A stretch of DNA of 44,248 bases from a virus. The stretch's first letter is position 1. Each line of letters begins with the position of its first letter. Of this stretch, positions 1-9,356 are shown piece after piece. Position numbers and translations under genes: made by a program. The notes under the pieces are model-generated. The model was not told where the DNA came from. It ran no database searches and saw only the letters and a program-made list of their open reading frames with translations. The stretch is from the IMG/VR virus record IMGVR_UViG_3300045988_057449, positions 1 to 44,248 of that record. One strand, 5' to 3'.

Positions 1-55
1 CATACCTTGCGGTATGGGCGGGTATGTGGGTTGAATAGAAATTTTACCTTTCTCC
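1..55. repeat. Terminal direct repeat identical to 44194-44248 (circular-contig overlap)
   Basis: cataccttgcggtatgggcgggtatgtgggttgaatagaaattttacctttctcc is present at both window ends. A minus-strand ORF reads through the junction in frame. Confidence 0.95.
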
Positions 56-618
56 AGCTTTGAGTAGCACGGTGAGTAAATACGATTTGTTAAGCCGGTG
101 CCTGTGTTTTCTTTTTCCGCTTCGGGGAAATACTTTTTTACAACATAATCAATCGCTTCCTGATTCTCGATTATGTGGTCGTAAATCAGTTTTTCACCCG
201 TAACGATGAAGAAGCGGCTACTGCGATAAATCTCTACTCCCGCACGATTGTTTTTTCCCTTAAAAGGCAGTTCTCCTTTGAGGTATATGTGAATACCTCT
301 GCCGCTTCGGGACTGCTCCGTATAGGAGCGGCAAGCCCTCATAATGTCAACGCTGACCTCCGAGAGAAAGCCGTCCTCGTCATAACCGCAATCCACATCG
401 ATTCCGATAATGCCGTTATTATTAAAGACAAAACCGAGATAATCATACGCACCTTGCTTTACGGCGGCTTTCGCTTCCTCGTATGTAGACCAAGTATCGG
501 GGCTAACGGAGGATGCGCCCTTTTTGACTTTGGCTTGCATAGGTATTTTTGAATTTTTCCAAGCGCAAACCCATTGAGGAAGCTCTGTTAATTCAGTAGG
601 GATAGTATCGTATCGCAT
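1..618 (-). CDS. Primase-polymerase (AEP prim-pol), 5' part (206 codons); continues over the circular junction into 44026-44193 (joined product 261 aa)
   Basis: ATG at 616-618 preceded by AAAGGA. My translation is MRYDTIPTELTELPQWVCAWKNSKIP...GIIGIDVDCGYDEDG...SRSGRGIHIYLKGELPF...RFFIVTG, which are prim-pol catalytic-type motifs. It is missing from the ORF track because there is no stop inside the window start. Confidence 0.75.
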   Translation of the reverse strand, partial: MRYDTIPTELTELPQWVCAWKNSKIPMQAKVKKGASSVSPDTWSTYEEAKAAVKQGAYDYLGFVFNNNGIIGIDVDCGYDEDGFLSEVSVDIMRACRSYTEQSRSGRGIHIYLKGELPFKGKNNRAGVEIYRSSRFFIVTGEKLIYDHIIENQEAIDYVVKKYFPEAEKENTGTGLTNRIYSPCYSKLEKGKISIQPTYPPIPQGM

Positions 619-630
619 AGCCGTTCCTTT

Positions 631-1170
631 CTACCTTTCGATAATGTGCGCCGCAATCATATCAGCGTGGTGTGTCCAGAGTACATTGGGGTATTTGCGA
701 ATTGCTCGTGTGTAGTTGTTCCACTCCTCTTTGTCCGTGAACGCTCCCATGTGATAACGAATACACATAACTTCTTCTTCCGTGAGAGTGGTAAGGGAAG
801 CAAGGATCATTACCGATTTATCTCCGTGACCTTTGAGCAGAGTTTCAGTATTGTATTCGTATATCCCGTGGGCATCTCGCATATAGTTATCGGTCTTACA
901 AATATCGTGAAACATTCCGATTATGTACGGGCTATCGGGGCGTTCCCATTCCAACCCGTTCCTTTGTGTGAGAACGCAAAGAGCTTCTGCCACATTGTAG
1001 GAGTGGTCGAACAAACCTCCGGGGTAGTTACCGTGATATTTGGTGGATGCGGGTTGCGAGAAAAACTCGTTTTCCACACACCATTTGAGCAAAGTGTCAT
1101 AGTCCCTCACGGGGATATTTCCACGCATAATGCTCTCAAAGAGCGCAAGCCTATCCTTAAAGTCTCTCAT
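631..1170 (-). CDS. HD-domain metal-dependent phosphohydrolase
   Basis: Motifs KYHGNYPGGLFDHS, GMFHDICK, GHGDKS and IRYHMG. AAGGA ribosome-binding site. Overlaps the upstream gene end. Confidence 0.7.
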   Translation of the reverse strand: MRDFKDRLALFESIMRGNIPVRDYDTLLKWCVENEFFSQPASTKYHGNYPGGLFDHSYNVAEALCVLTQRNGLEWERPDSPYIIGMFHDICKTDNYMRDAHGIYEYNTETLLKGHGDKSVMILASLTTLTEEEVMCIRYHMGAFTDKEEWNNYTRAIRKYPNVLWTHHADMIAAHIIER

Positions 1171-1462
1171 TGTTTCCGTCCTTTCCGGCTCTCATTAACT
1201 CGCATATAAACGCCATATTGCAAGCGCAATGCTTGTAGTGAGGTATGCCGCTTTCTTCGTCCACGGAGTTGTTGTCCTCCACGAACGATACCCAATGCCG
1301 ATAGAACGCATCAATGTATCGTCTGAGTTCAACCTTTCTCCAATTTTCGGGGTCGTGATATTTTTCACACCCATACTCCCGTACCAACGCAATGTCACGA
1401 ATGACCTGTCCGGGGACGAGGGAAAGTTTGAGTTTACCTTTATCGTCTTTCGCTGTGTCCAT
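1157..1462 (-). CDS. DUF5664-like protein (dATP/dGTP diphosphohydrolase N-terminal-like)
   Basis: KLKLSLVPGQVIRDIALVREYGCEKYHDPENWRKV matches the K..L.L.P......A.V...G..KY....NW pattern of that family from memory. I moved the start to ATG 1462, which has GGAGG 9 nt upstream. Confidence 0.45.
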   Translation of the reverse strand: MDTAKDDKGKLKLSLVPGQVIRDIALVREYGCEKYHDPENWRKVELRRYIDAFYRHWVSFVEDNNSVDEESGIPHYKHCACNMAFICELMRAGKDGNNERL

Positions 1463-1527
1463 TTTTTCTACCTCCATACAGGTAATAGCGAGGGCGGTAC
1501 TGAGACCGCCACTCGCTTACCTTTTAC

Positions 1528-2022
1528 TTATCCGAGCAGTTCATCGAGGTCGATGTCCCCGGACTTTACTTCGGTTTTCTTTGCGGTAGTAGCGGTTGCT
1601 GCTTTCTTAGGAGCGGGGGCAGGAGTGATTACCTCTTCCTCCGTGTACCCATCGGCGGGGCGTTTGTCGGTCAGGCGAACAAAGGTAACATTCTTGTTCG
1701 GATTTTTGTTCGAGGGCTGTATGTCGTGTTCAACATCACACTCGATGAAGAAACCGACAAGCTCTTCGGGGTCAATGTCCTGTGCCGTATAGTCCTGCAA
1801 TGCAGTTCTTGCAAAGTAGGAGAAAGCGTTCAATGCACCTTCATTGGAAGAGCCGTCCTGCTTGATGAGAGAGAAACGCTCAATATGCGTTTGCCCTTTC
1901 GCAGTTTTCATTTTGATTTCGAGTTTGCCGTAGGCTTCCTTGTAGTTGACCTCTACGATCTTGAAAATGTGCGTTCCTTCGGGGATGACCGTATATCCCT
2001 CACTCAATGCGATTTTTCCCAT
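1528..2022 (-). CDS. Putative ssDNA-binding protein (DUF669-like) with acidic C-terminal tail
   Basis: Sits next to the ERF/exonuclease pair. Pro/Ala/Lys linker followed by the acidic tail GDIDLDELLG, as in SSB C-termini. Confidence 0.45.
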   Translation of the reverse strand: MGKIALSEGYTVIPEGTHIFKIVEVNYKEAYGKLEIKMKTAKGQTHIERFSLIKQDGSSNEGALNAFSYFARTALQDYTAQDIDPEELVGFFIECDVEHDIQPSNKNPNKNVTFVRLTDKRPADGYTEEEVITPAPAPKKAATATTAKKTEVKSGDIDLDELLG

Positions 2023-2138
2023 TATCTTTTACCTCCGTTATTCTTTTTGATTGTGTAATAAATTGCCGCTCCGAGGATGATTACGACCTCTGCAAAGAGC
2101 GTGGCGAGAACTCCCGCTACAAATGGATTGATGTACAT
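2022..2138 (-). CDS. Small hydrophobic protein (38 aa), one predicted TM helix
   Basis: Translated by hand as MYINPFVAGVLATLFAEVVIILGAAIYYTIKKNNGGKR. GGAGG lies 7 nt upstream, and the stop overlaps the next ATG. It is below the ORF-track size cut-off. Confidence 0.45.
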   Translation of the reverse strand: MYINPFVAGVLATLFAEVVIILGAAIYYTIKKNNGGKR

Positions 2139-2140
2139 TG

Positions 2141-3184
2141 TCATTCCTCCTCAACGGGCTTGTTTGTAAGCCTATAAGTTACTACGGACTTCGTGTTATA
2201 CTTATCAAGCAGTCCGTCCGCTTTCAGGGCATCTTTGTCAATGTCCTTTCTCTCAGTACGAGAAACTGCCCATACATAACGCTTGCTTTTCAAAGCTACG
2301 CTCTTATCGCCGTCCCGGAACGACTTCATAGCCTGTTCCTTGATAATGTCTTTGAGCGTTTTGAGCCGCTTTTCTTTGTCGGCAACCGTGGCAGATGCCC
2401 GCTCAATTTCCTCCTGCAAGGCTTCGGCTTCTTCCATTACACTCTCAATGTCTGTTTCCGGGTTAAGGGTGTTCGTGCGGAGGACTTTTAGGATGTCGGC
2501 ATCTTTCTTCTCGTCAAAGGCGGGGGAAACACCGCCCTCAACGCAAGACTTCCACCACTTTTCGGCTTTTTTAATGAGTTTACCGAAATCAGGGTATCTC
2601 TCGCTGACCTTAAACGGGATTACGATAGTGTTCTCCGAGGACGGCACAAAGGCTTCGGGGGCTTTATAGTCCTTATCTTCAAGGAACGATGCGACCATCA
2701 TTACAGAGTCAACGCCGAGCAGATAGGCATAAAGCGCCGCCTGTAAAGCGTAGTATTCGGGAATATCGTTCTCCCAATCCTCAGAGCGTTTGGTTGTTTT
2801 CATTTCAAGCACGGTGGTAGGCTTCCCGCTTTCATCGTAGAGCAGATAGTCCCACATACCGCCAAAGATAGGCTCGTCCTTGAAGAAGTCACCAAAGGTG
2901 CGTTTGAAGTAGTTCTCGCCGAAAATGTCCGTCGGGGTTTTCAACCCGGTCATAAAATACGCACGGCGCATATACTCTGCCTGTTTTGGCTCAATGGTTT
3001 TACCCGCTATGGTGTATACAGTGTCCTCAAAAGGCTCTTCGTAGGTACGGGTGATTTCACACCAAGTCTTGAACGGTGTATTCCATGTGTTCTTACCCAT
3101 AATGGCAGCGAAGCGAGTACCTGTGATTTTCTTCGGCTTTTTCGGGGGTACGATTTTTAACTGTTTTGTATCAAGCCATTCCAT
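2141..3184 (-). CDS. YqaJ/lambda-Exo-like PD-(D/E)XK recombination exonuclease
   Basis: GGMWDYLLYD...VLEMKTTK...YYALQAALYAYLLG nuclease core. Sits immediately upstream of an ERF annealase. Confidence 0.7.
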   Translation of the reverse strand: MEWLDTKQLKIVPPKKPKKITGTRFAAIMGKNTWNTPFKTWCEITRTYEEPFEDTVYTIAGKTIEPKQAEYMRRAYFMTGLKTPTDIFGENYFKRTFGDFFKDEPIFGGMWDYLLYDESGKPTTVLEMKTTKRSEDWENDIPEYYALQAALYAYLLGVDSVMMVASFLEDKDYKAPEAFVPSSENTIVIPFKVSERYPDFGKLIKKAEKWWKSCVEGGVSPAFDEKKDADILKVLRTNTLNPETDIESVMEEAEALQEEIERASATVADKEKRLKTLKDIIKEQAMKSFRDGDKSVALKSKRYVWAVSRTERKDIDKDALKADGLLDKYNTKSVVTYRLTNKPVEEE

Positions 3185-3186
3185 GA

Positions 3187-3924
3187 TTATTCCTCCTCAA
3201 TGCCGTAGTTCTCGATCATTTCGTTGACTGTAAGAATCAACTGCTCACAGGCGGCTTTCTTAATCGAGGTGAACTTTTCGGTCTTGATAGCGATTTTCTG
3301 AATGAACTCTTCTTTTGAGGGGTCGATTTCTTTCAGTTTTTTCAATGCCGCTTTCAATGCCGACTTCTGCAAGTCATCTGCTTCGCCGTCAGAGTTCGTA
3401 AGGGTCTTTTTGATTTCCTGTCGCTGCTCAGTTGTAGCGGGTTTCTTCTTAGGTGCGGGAGCGGGGGCATCTTCCGCTTCCGTGGTGTTGCTTTCGCCGT
3501 CAAAACTGTCGGCTTCCACGAGGTCGAGGACGATCATATACAGATAACGGCGATAGTAGGTTACTGCCGCTCCAACACCCTGTACCTCGTTCATACGGAA
3601 TTTTCCCGGCTCTGCGATAAACTGCAACGGGATTGAGAAATTGATACGCTCGTCCGGCTTTTCAGTATTGATTACAACCGCTTCGGCGTTGCCGTTTTCA
3701 AAAGTAGGCATAAGGAGCAGATTGTATTTTGCGAAAATCGGGGCGGCAACAGGAACAATGTCACTCAGCTCGAAATACATAAATTCGGCATGAAGATTTC
3801 TTCCTGTTTTCTTCGCTCCTGCGGCGTAAAATTCGTTACGCACGGCGAGGAGCTTAGACCACACATTCATTCCAGTTGTGTCAATGGCGGTCTGTTCGTT
3901 TGTTGCGGGTTTCTTTGTAGGCAT
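3187..3924 (-). CDS. erf: ERF-family single-strand annealing protein
   Basis: NVWSKLLAVRNEF...YFELSDIVP...GAAVTYYRRYLYM. The acidic/Pro-rich C-terminal half is typical of ERF. Confidence 0.75.
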   Translation of the reverse strand: MPTKKPATNEQTAIDTTGMNVWSKLLAVRNEFYAAGAKKTGRNLHAEFMYFELSDIVPVAAPIFAKYNLLLMPTFENGNAEAVVINTEKPDERINFSIPLQFIAEPGKFRMNEVQGVGAAVTYYRRYLYMIVLDLVEADSFDGESNTTEAEDAPAPAPKKKPATTEQRQEIKKTLTNSDGEADDLQKSALKAALKKLKEIDPSKEEFIQKIAIKTEKFTSIKKAACEQLILTVNEMIENYGIEEE

Positions 3925-3945
3925 GATGAATATCTCCTTTACAAT

Positions 3946-4542
3946 TTAATTAAACCATTTGATAATAGGGGCTTCCGTATTGCCCTTTTCCCATATAAAC
4001 CAAGCGTATGTAACTGCGTTTGACTTTGAGTATTTGTCGAAGTCTCCGTTCATAGCGCAGCACAATCGGCTTGAAGATACATAGACCTTTCGGGGGGGGG
4101 CTTTCTCAAAGAACGCTCTTCTTGCTTTACCTTCGAGAAATTGCAGTTTGAGGAACATTGCGACTTTGTGACCGTCTGTGACAACTTCGAGAGCCTTTTC
4201 AACGAACTCTAAGGCGTATCTGTACGGAGGGTTTGTGATTATATCCCCGTCATACGGGCTGTCCCATTGCAGGAAGTCTATACCTCCTAAGCCATAGCCC
4301 CGGTCTATCAGGTCTGTCGAAAAAACCTTGTGTCCGTGATTTTTTAACACCTTCGATAAGTGTCCCTCTCCGCAAGCACATTCCCAAATGTTTTCGGAGA
4401 ACTCTTCTTCCTTCAAAAGAAGTTCAAGGGCTTTTGGCTCTGTCGCATAATAGTCATTCGTTTCTCGTTCCTCCAATGCGTAGTTTCTTGCACCGAGGGT
4501 GGCATGAGCGGAACGGCTATTGCCTGTCCAATCTTTCATCAA
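3946..4542 (-). CDS. N6-adenine (or N4-C) DNA methyltransferase, NPPY type, orphan
   Basis: Motif I ECACGEGH and motif IV DIITNPPY. No adjacent endonuclease gene. Confidence 0.7.
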   Translation of the reverse strand: MMKDWTGNSRSAHATLGARNYALEERETNDYYATEPKALELLLKEEEFSENIWECACGEGHLSKVLKNHGHKVFSTDLIDRGYGLGGIDFLQWDSPYDGDIITNPPYRYALEFVEKALEVVTDGHKVAMFLKLQFLEGKARRAFFEKAPPRKVYVSSSRLCCAMNGDFDKYSKSNAVTYAWFIWEKGNTEAPIIKWFN

Positions 4543-6386
4543 CTCACCTCCTCCAAGATTTTAAGTGCCTTTTTCGCAAGAGCGTTTATCTTACGAGTGT
4601 TCTTTTTCGGAGGTTTAATGCCAAGAAAGTCGTTGATATATCGGCTTGCGAGTTTGATGTACCATGTTCGATCGAGACAGTCGATGCTTTGCTCATTGTT
4701 ATTGTCGATAATGCAGTGTTCCGGCAATCCTCCGATTTTGACATCGTTACCTTTCTCCGCATGGCGTTTGAGGAGAGTTCCGTACTTTCTGTCTTTTGCC
4801 GCATAAACACGGTTACACTTCTGTACTTGAACTTTCTCACCGTCCACAACATGATAGGCGGCAGTATATTTACTCGATGCTTTCGCCACAAGTTGGAATG
4901 ATAGGAGATCATTGCAGCCGTTAATTGTGTCTTTCACGGGAACGCCCTTTGCGAAATAGTCGAGTAAGGCTTTGGCAACGATAGTCGCATTATTGTTGAT
5001 GTTGAACGCTCCTGCCGGAGCGATACCTCGTACCAACTGACCGCCTTTGATCTTAGTGCTACCGTCAATGGCAATTTCGATGTAGTTATTAACATCCTTT
5101 TGCACGATTTCGGCGATACAATCTTCCTCCAACTCAAACCCCGTTCTGTCCTGCCATTCCTGACAAATGGCGTTGTAGATTTCAAGGTCGCAGTTGTCGA
5201 GAGAGACCATGATGCCGTCTGTGTTCAACTGTACGATTTTCAAAGTCTCACACTCAGCCACAAGATGATTAGCCAATTCCAACAAGCGCAACTGCCCGGT
5301 TATGCACACCGACCGTCCCATAAGCGGGTCGTACAGTTCGTTGTACTGGTTGAGCATCCCGCCGTATGTGGTATTAGCAACGAGTTTCAGAGCGTTTGCC
5401 TTTGCTTTATCTCCCGACCGTTTTGCCTGTATGCGTTGTTCCAACATATCGGCGTAAACCTGTGGATTCGGTATGTTACGGGAACAGTAATGGTCGAGTG
5501 TCATTAAATGAGGGTAATAACTCGCCACATCCCTGTTTCGTATAGAGCGGTTTTCTGTGGCTCTCTCCCGATAAGTCGGGATAGCACCGTGTATGCCGCC
5601 GTAACCAATCGTGCATTGACAATCGCCTATGTTGAAATTGAGTTTGCTTGAAAAGATCTCGTAATCGCTTATGGTTTTGTCATGTAGTCGGTCGAAGAAA
5701 GCGAACACATCGTCAGGGATGTACCTCCGCAATATGTTTGACGGATATACATACTCTCGCTCGTCCGTGTATTCAACCGTCCTGTGTGCATCGAGATATG
5801 CCGCTGTCAGTTTGGCGTTTGTCATATACATTGCCTTGCTGTCAGATATGCCCTTTGCTCTTCCGAGGAATATTTTGTTGTCGAGGTAATTCTTCCGTAG
5901 GTAGTAGAGCTTTTCGGTTGCATCCACATCGTGTTTGCAGTAGAATATTACCTCTTGCAATTCTTCTTCGGTGAGGGGACGGTCAATGTTGAAATCAACG
6001 GTCGTTTCTCGAATATCCATACCGAGGTGGGCTTCGATTGCTTTAAGGGACAAACCCATTTGACAATCGTCCATAAGGTCAAATTGATCGAAGTAAATGT
6101 TTATCTCACGCATTAACGGATACTCCCAACCGTTACGCCCCTCTGCGATTATGAAATCGTTGAGTTTCTTTACTTCCTGTGGGGATGCATCTGCAAGTAC
6201 GGCTTTGTGAATGAACTGGTCGTAGTGCTTATTGTTGAAACCTCCAAGCACAGGCTCGCATTCTTCCATAAACGCCTTTGCCGCATCGTTGTCGTTATGG
6301 ACAATCGTGTAATTATCCGTACCGGCTTCCTTTGCAACGAGTACCCAATCGAAAGCAAAAACCTCGTAGTCGAAAATGTGTATCAT
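4539..6386 (-). CDS. DNA polymerase with N-terminal 3'-5' exonuclease (family-B-like motifs)
   Basis: Exo I FDYEVF, Exo II NNKHYDQF, Exo III YCKHDVDA. Polymerase motifs RDVASYYPHL (A), KLVANTTYGG (B) and LNTDGIMV (C). Confidence 0.7.
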   Translation of the reverse strand: MIHIFDYEVFAFDWVLVAKEAGTDNYTIVHNDNDAAKAFMEECEPVLGGFNNKHYDQFIHKAVLADASPQEVKKLNDFIIAEGRNGWEYPLMREINIYFDQFDLMDDCQMGLSLKAIEAHLGMDIRETTVDFNIDRPLTEEELQEVIFYCKHDVDATEKLYYLRKNYLDNKIFLGRAKGISDSKAMYMTNAKLTAAYLDAHRTVEYTDEREYVYPSNILRRYIPDDVFAFFDRLHDKTISDYEIFSSKLNFNIGDCQCTIGYGGIHGAIPTYRERATENRSIRNRDVASYYPHLMTLDHYCSRNIPNPQVYADMLEQRIQAKRSGDKAKANALKLVANTTYGGMLNQYNELYDPLMGRSVCITGQLRLLELANHLVAECETLKIVQLNTDGIMVSLDNCDLEIYNAICQEWQDRTGFELEEDCIAEIVQKDVNNYIEIAIDGSTKIKGGQLVRGIAPAGAFNINNNATIVAKALLDYFAKGVPVKDTINGCNDLLSFQLVAKASSKYTAAYHVVDGEKVQVQKCNRVYAAKDRKYGTLLKRHAEKGNDVKIGGLPEHCIIDNNNEQSIDCLDRTWYIKLASRYINDFLGIKPPKKNTRKINALAKKALKILEEVS

Positions 6387-7951
6387 TCGCTCACCTCCAA
6401 CAGGGAATCAAGCAATCTTAACGACAAGACGGATACGACATTCTCCATAACATAGAGAACACAGGGAAGAGCCATTCCGTTGCCCCACATTTTGTACTCT
6501 GCGCTATCCGAGTGGGGAACATCCTCGCACCACCAATCCGGCATACCTTGTAGTCTGCCGCACTCGGTTGGAGTCAGGCGGCGCAAGTCAACTTCGACTT
6601 TTCCAAGACAAACTATGGAACAAACCGCACCCGGTCCTTTTGCCACAAGCGTTTGGGCTATACCGCTATCATCAATCCCGATGTCATATTGGGCGTTAAT
6701 ACCCTGATTAAACGAGGAACGGTCGAGCGCATAACAGACAACAGGCTGATTGTTTCCGCTCATTCCTGCCGCTGCCGTAATGGTAGGGCATAGGTCTATT
6801 CCTATTTCTGCACCTCCCTGTTGTGTTGCCATAACGACTATCTCGTTCGCACGGGATTCTCCTATGTCATTGACATTCAGGCAGTTGGCAATAACTGCTT
6901 CCTCCCACTTTTGCGCTTCTTCCTTGCTATGCGGGCGAGTACCCTTACCGTAGATTGCTACGGCTAAACATCCCTGTCCCGTTCGGGGATTTCCTGTTGA
7001 CAAACACGGTGAAATTTTATTGTTCGGAACAGGGTCTTGAAGAATATTAAATACAACTGGAAGGTGGGTATAATCTTTGCCCGAACAGATCGTCATTGCC
7101 TTATCGCCCGTCTCTGTTTGATTAAAGCAATCTATACCTGTGATGAGGAGGTTTGTATAATCTGTTATTCTGTTTTCGTGGTCTCCTGTGATTGTGGAAC
7201 AAGTTCTACCGTCACCATTTCCACGGGCATCCCACACTTTTGCATCAGAGCCGCAAGCAAGAGAATGTGTAATTCCTTTCCACGCCTTTCTGCTCTCCGC
7301 AAAACTCCTCGACAAGCCTTCTCGCTCAAAGAGTATTTTTTCGGCACATTGTCCTCTAAAATCTGCCACAAGGAAGATTCTTCTACGGCGTTGGGGTACG
7401 CCCCAAAACTGTGCATCGAGGACTCGCCAAGCGATTGAAAACCCGTCTCCCACGATAAGTCCTGCATCGTTCCATGCGTTCCTACCCCCCCGTTTCGGAG
7501 GTTTAGGAATAAGGGTGTCACTTCTTTTAATTTTGCAGAGTTCTTCGAGGACTGTTCTGAAATCCTCTCCCTTATTGGAACTAAATGCACCAGGAACATT
7601 TTCCCATATTGCGATTGAGGGGTATCTTCCATTGGTCTTACACCTCATTTCTTTAATGATTCTTACTGCTTCCATGAATAAGCCTGAACGCTCTCCGTCA
7701 AGCCCGGCTCTCTTTCCTGCAACCGAGAGGTCTTGACACGGTGAGCCGAAAGTCACAATATCGACAGGCTCAATCTCGGCACCGTCTACTTTGGTTATGT
7801 CTCCGAGATGTTTCATTTCGGGGAAGCGTTTCTTTGTTACTTCAACGGGGAACGACTCGATTTCACTTGCCCATACTGCTTTAACTCCGCATTGTTGGGC
7901 AGCAAACGGGAATGTTCCTGCTCCGTCAAATAAACTACCGAGGGTCAGCAT
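6383..7951 (-). CDS. DNA (cytosine-5) methyltransferase with an unusually long target-recognition region
   Basis: Motifs FDGAGTF (I), GSPCQDLS (IV), ENVPG (VI), QRRRRIFLV (VIII), TPTECGRLQGMP (IX) and GNGMALP (X). I counted about 260 residues between motifs VIII and IX. Start set at ATG 7951, which has GGAGG upstream. Confidence 0.85.
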   Translation of the reverse strand: MLTLGSLFDGAGTFPFAAQQCGVKAVWASEIESFPVEVTKKRFPEMKHLGDITKVDGAEIEPVDIVTFGSPCQDLSVAGKRAGLDGERSGLFMEAVRIIKEMRCKTNGRYPSIAIWENVPGAFSSNKGEDFRTVLEELCKIKRSDTLIPKPPKRGGRNAWNDAGLIVGDGFSIAWRVLDAQFWGVPQRRRRIFLVADFRGQCAEKILFEREGLSRSFAESRKAWKGITHSLACGSDAKVWDARGNGDGRTCSTITGDHENRITDYTNLLITGIDCFNQTETGDKAMTICSGKDYTHLPVVFNILQDPVPNNKISPCLSTGNPRTGQGCLAVAIYGKGTRPHSKEEAQKWEEAVIANCLNVNDIGESRANEIVVMATQQGGAEIGIDLCPTITAAAGMSGNNQPVVCYALDRSSFNQGINAQYDIGIDDSGIAQTLVAKGPGAVCSIVCLGKVEVDLRRLTPTECGRLQGMPDWWCEDVPHSDSAEYKMWGNGMALPCVLYVMENVVSVLSLRLLDSLLEVSE

Positions 7952-9356
7952 TTTGCACCTCCTCAACGAAGTAGCAACCGTTCTTCCGATAGGTTGCACA
8001 CCTTTTTTTGAACGCTTTGACGAGATACCCTGCATCATCTATGAAGTCATAGCAGATAGGGTCTTTCTTGCCCTCAGAGACACGGGCGATACGCCCAATG
8101 CTTTGTGTGACTACCGCATAGTCTTTCTGCGGGGTAGTCATATACAAGCGTTCCAAACACGGAATGTCCAAACCCTCTTTGCAAAGAGAGTAGGTAGCGA
8201 ACAGGTACTTTTTCTTGCCCTGCCGCATATCCTCAATGGCTTTTTCCCGTTCTGCTTTACCTTTCTTCGAGGTCATCTTTCCGTTAATCATCACCGCTTG
8301 TTCACGCATAGAGCGAGGGAGAGCAACCATAAGCAATTCGAGATGTTTGAGCCTGTCCGATAGGATAAGGGACGGGTGTTCTGCATTGGCTACTATTTCG
8401 GCACTAATGTAATGATTTCGGACAGAGTTCTCACAGAGGTATGTAATGAGTTTGGCGTAATTAAGAGTACCGTCCGTATTCAGACATTCACGAGAGAGTT
8501 TTGTTCCCGTGTGGCACTCTTTAATGCCGACTTTCATTACTCTATCGGCAACGGCTTCTTCCGGCACGGTGTAAACCACCTGACCGAGCAGGGCGTAGGT
8601 TGCCTTAATCGTTCCGTCCGATCTATGCACCGTTGCGGAAAGTCCGTATTTGTACCTTGCGGCAAGATTGTTAAGGACTTTATAAAATTGTGTCATAGCA
8701 GTCGGCGTTCCTGAACATCGGTGGCACTCATCTACAATGACAACATCCCAAACATCACGGTATTTCTCCAAGTCCAAACGACACATTGTTTGCACGGTCG
8801 CAAAGGTGACTCCGCTGCCGATATTAACCTTGCCCTCGGTAATCGTACCAATGAGGTCGGAACTCATGTACAGTTCAGCTCTGCGCTTGCTTTGATTAAG
8901 CAAGTCCAATGTGTGGGTGAGCCAAAGAGTTTTAAGACCAAGTTCAGCCATTAGAGCGATACCCATTTGCGTTTTGCCGCTTCCTGCCGGACTCTGCAAG
9001 ATACCGTAGCGTTGTTCCCTCAGTACCTCAACCGCCGTTTGCTGATAGTCGTAAAGCGGCACGGAACACTCATAATTGACCCCTGTGCGCCCCGTAAAGG
9101 CACGAAAAACCTTTGCCGAGGAAACATACGGCAAGATGTCTCTAAGCACTCCAAACGGCAAAATAAGGCTGTCTCCGTGGCTTTCGTATAGACATAACTC
9201 TTTGGGCGTGTTACCGAGCCAAAAGTGCATACGGAGTTTTTTCGCATAGTCGGGATTGCTGATAACTAAGTTTTTTTCGCACCACTGTACCAACTCTGAG
9301 GATGGTTGTTCGACTGTTATGGTGCTGCCTACTGTTATCTGCATAATTTGATCCAT
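7935..9356 (-). CDS. Superfamily-2 DEAD/DEAH-box DNA helicase
   Basis: Walker A SPAGSGKT, DEAH-like VIVDECHR, and C-terminal helicase motifs TTPQKD...QSIGRIAR. Confidence 0.8.
   Translation of the reverse strand: MDQIMQITVGSTITVEQPSSELVQWCEKNLVISNPDYAKKLRMHFWLGNTPKELCLYESHGDSLILPFGVLRDILPYVSSAKVFRAFTGRTGVNYECSVPLYDYQQTAVEVLREQRYGILQSPAGSGKTQMGIALMAELGLKTLWLTHTLDLLNQSKRRAELYMSSDLIGTITEGKVNIGSGVTFATVQTMCRLDLEKYRDVWDVVIVDECHRCSGTPTAMTQFYKVLNNLAARYKYGLSATVHRSDGTIKATYALLGQVVYTVPEEAVADRVMKVGIKECHTGTKLSRECLNTDGTLNYAKLITYLCENSVRNHYISAEIVANAEHPSLILSDRLKHLELLMVALPRSMREQAVMINGKMTSKKGKAEREKAIEDMRQGKKKYLFATYSLCKEGLDIPCLERLYMTTPQKDYAVVTQSIGRIARVSEGKKDPICYDFIDDAGYLVKAFKKRCATYRKNGCYFVEEVQNADPR

Noticed and set aside
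1-55. Biological direct terminal repeat of the virion DNA
   Set aside because: An exact 55-bp overlap at contig ends is the usual signature of a de Bruijn assembler closing a circle. A gene reads through it in frame. SPP1-like packaging genes predict headful packaging rather than short exact terminal repeats.
175-552. 125-aa plus-strand ORF at the window start
   Set aside because: It is antisense to the prim-pol ORF, which carries clear catalytic motifs and continues in frame across the circular junction.
631-1477. Idea that the HD plus DUF5664-like pair marks a 2-aminoadenine (Z-base) genome, like DatZ/MazZ
   Set aside because: No PurZ-like adenylosuccinate-synthetase homologue is present anywhere in the 44 kb. 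The DGR also relies on ordinary template adenines. These genes are kept only as a general nucleotide-pool observation.
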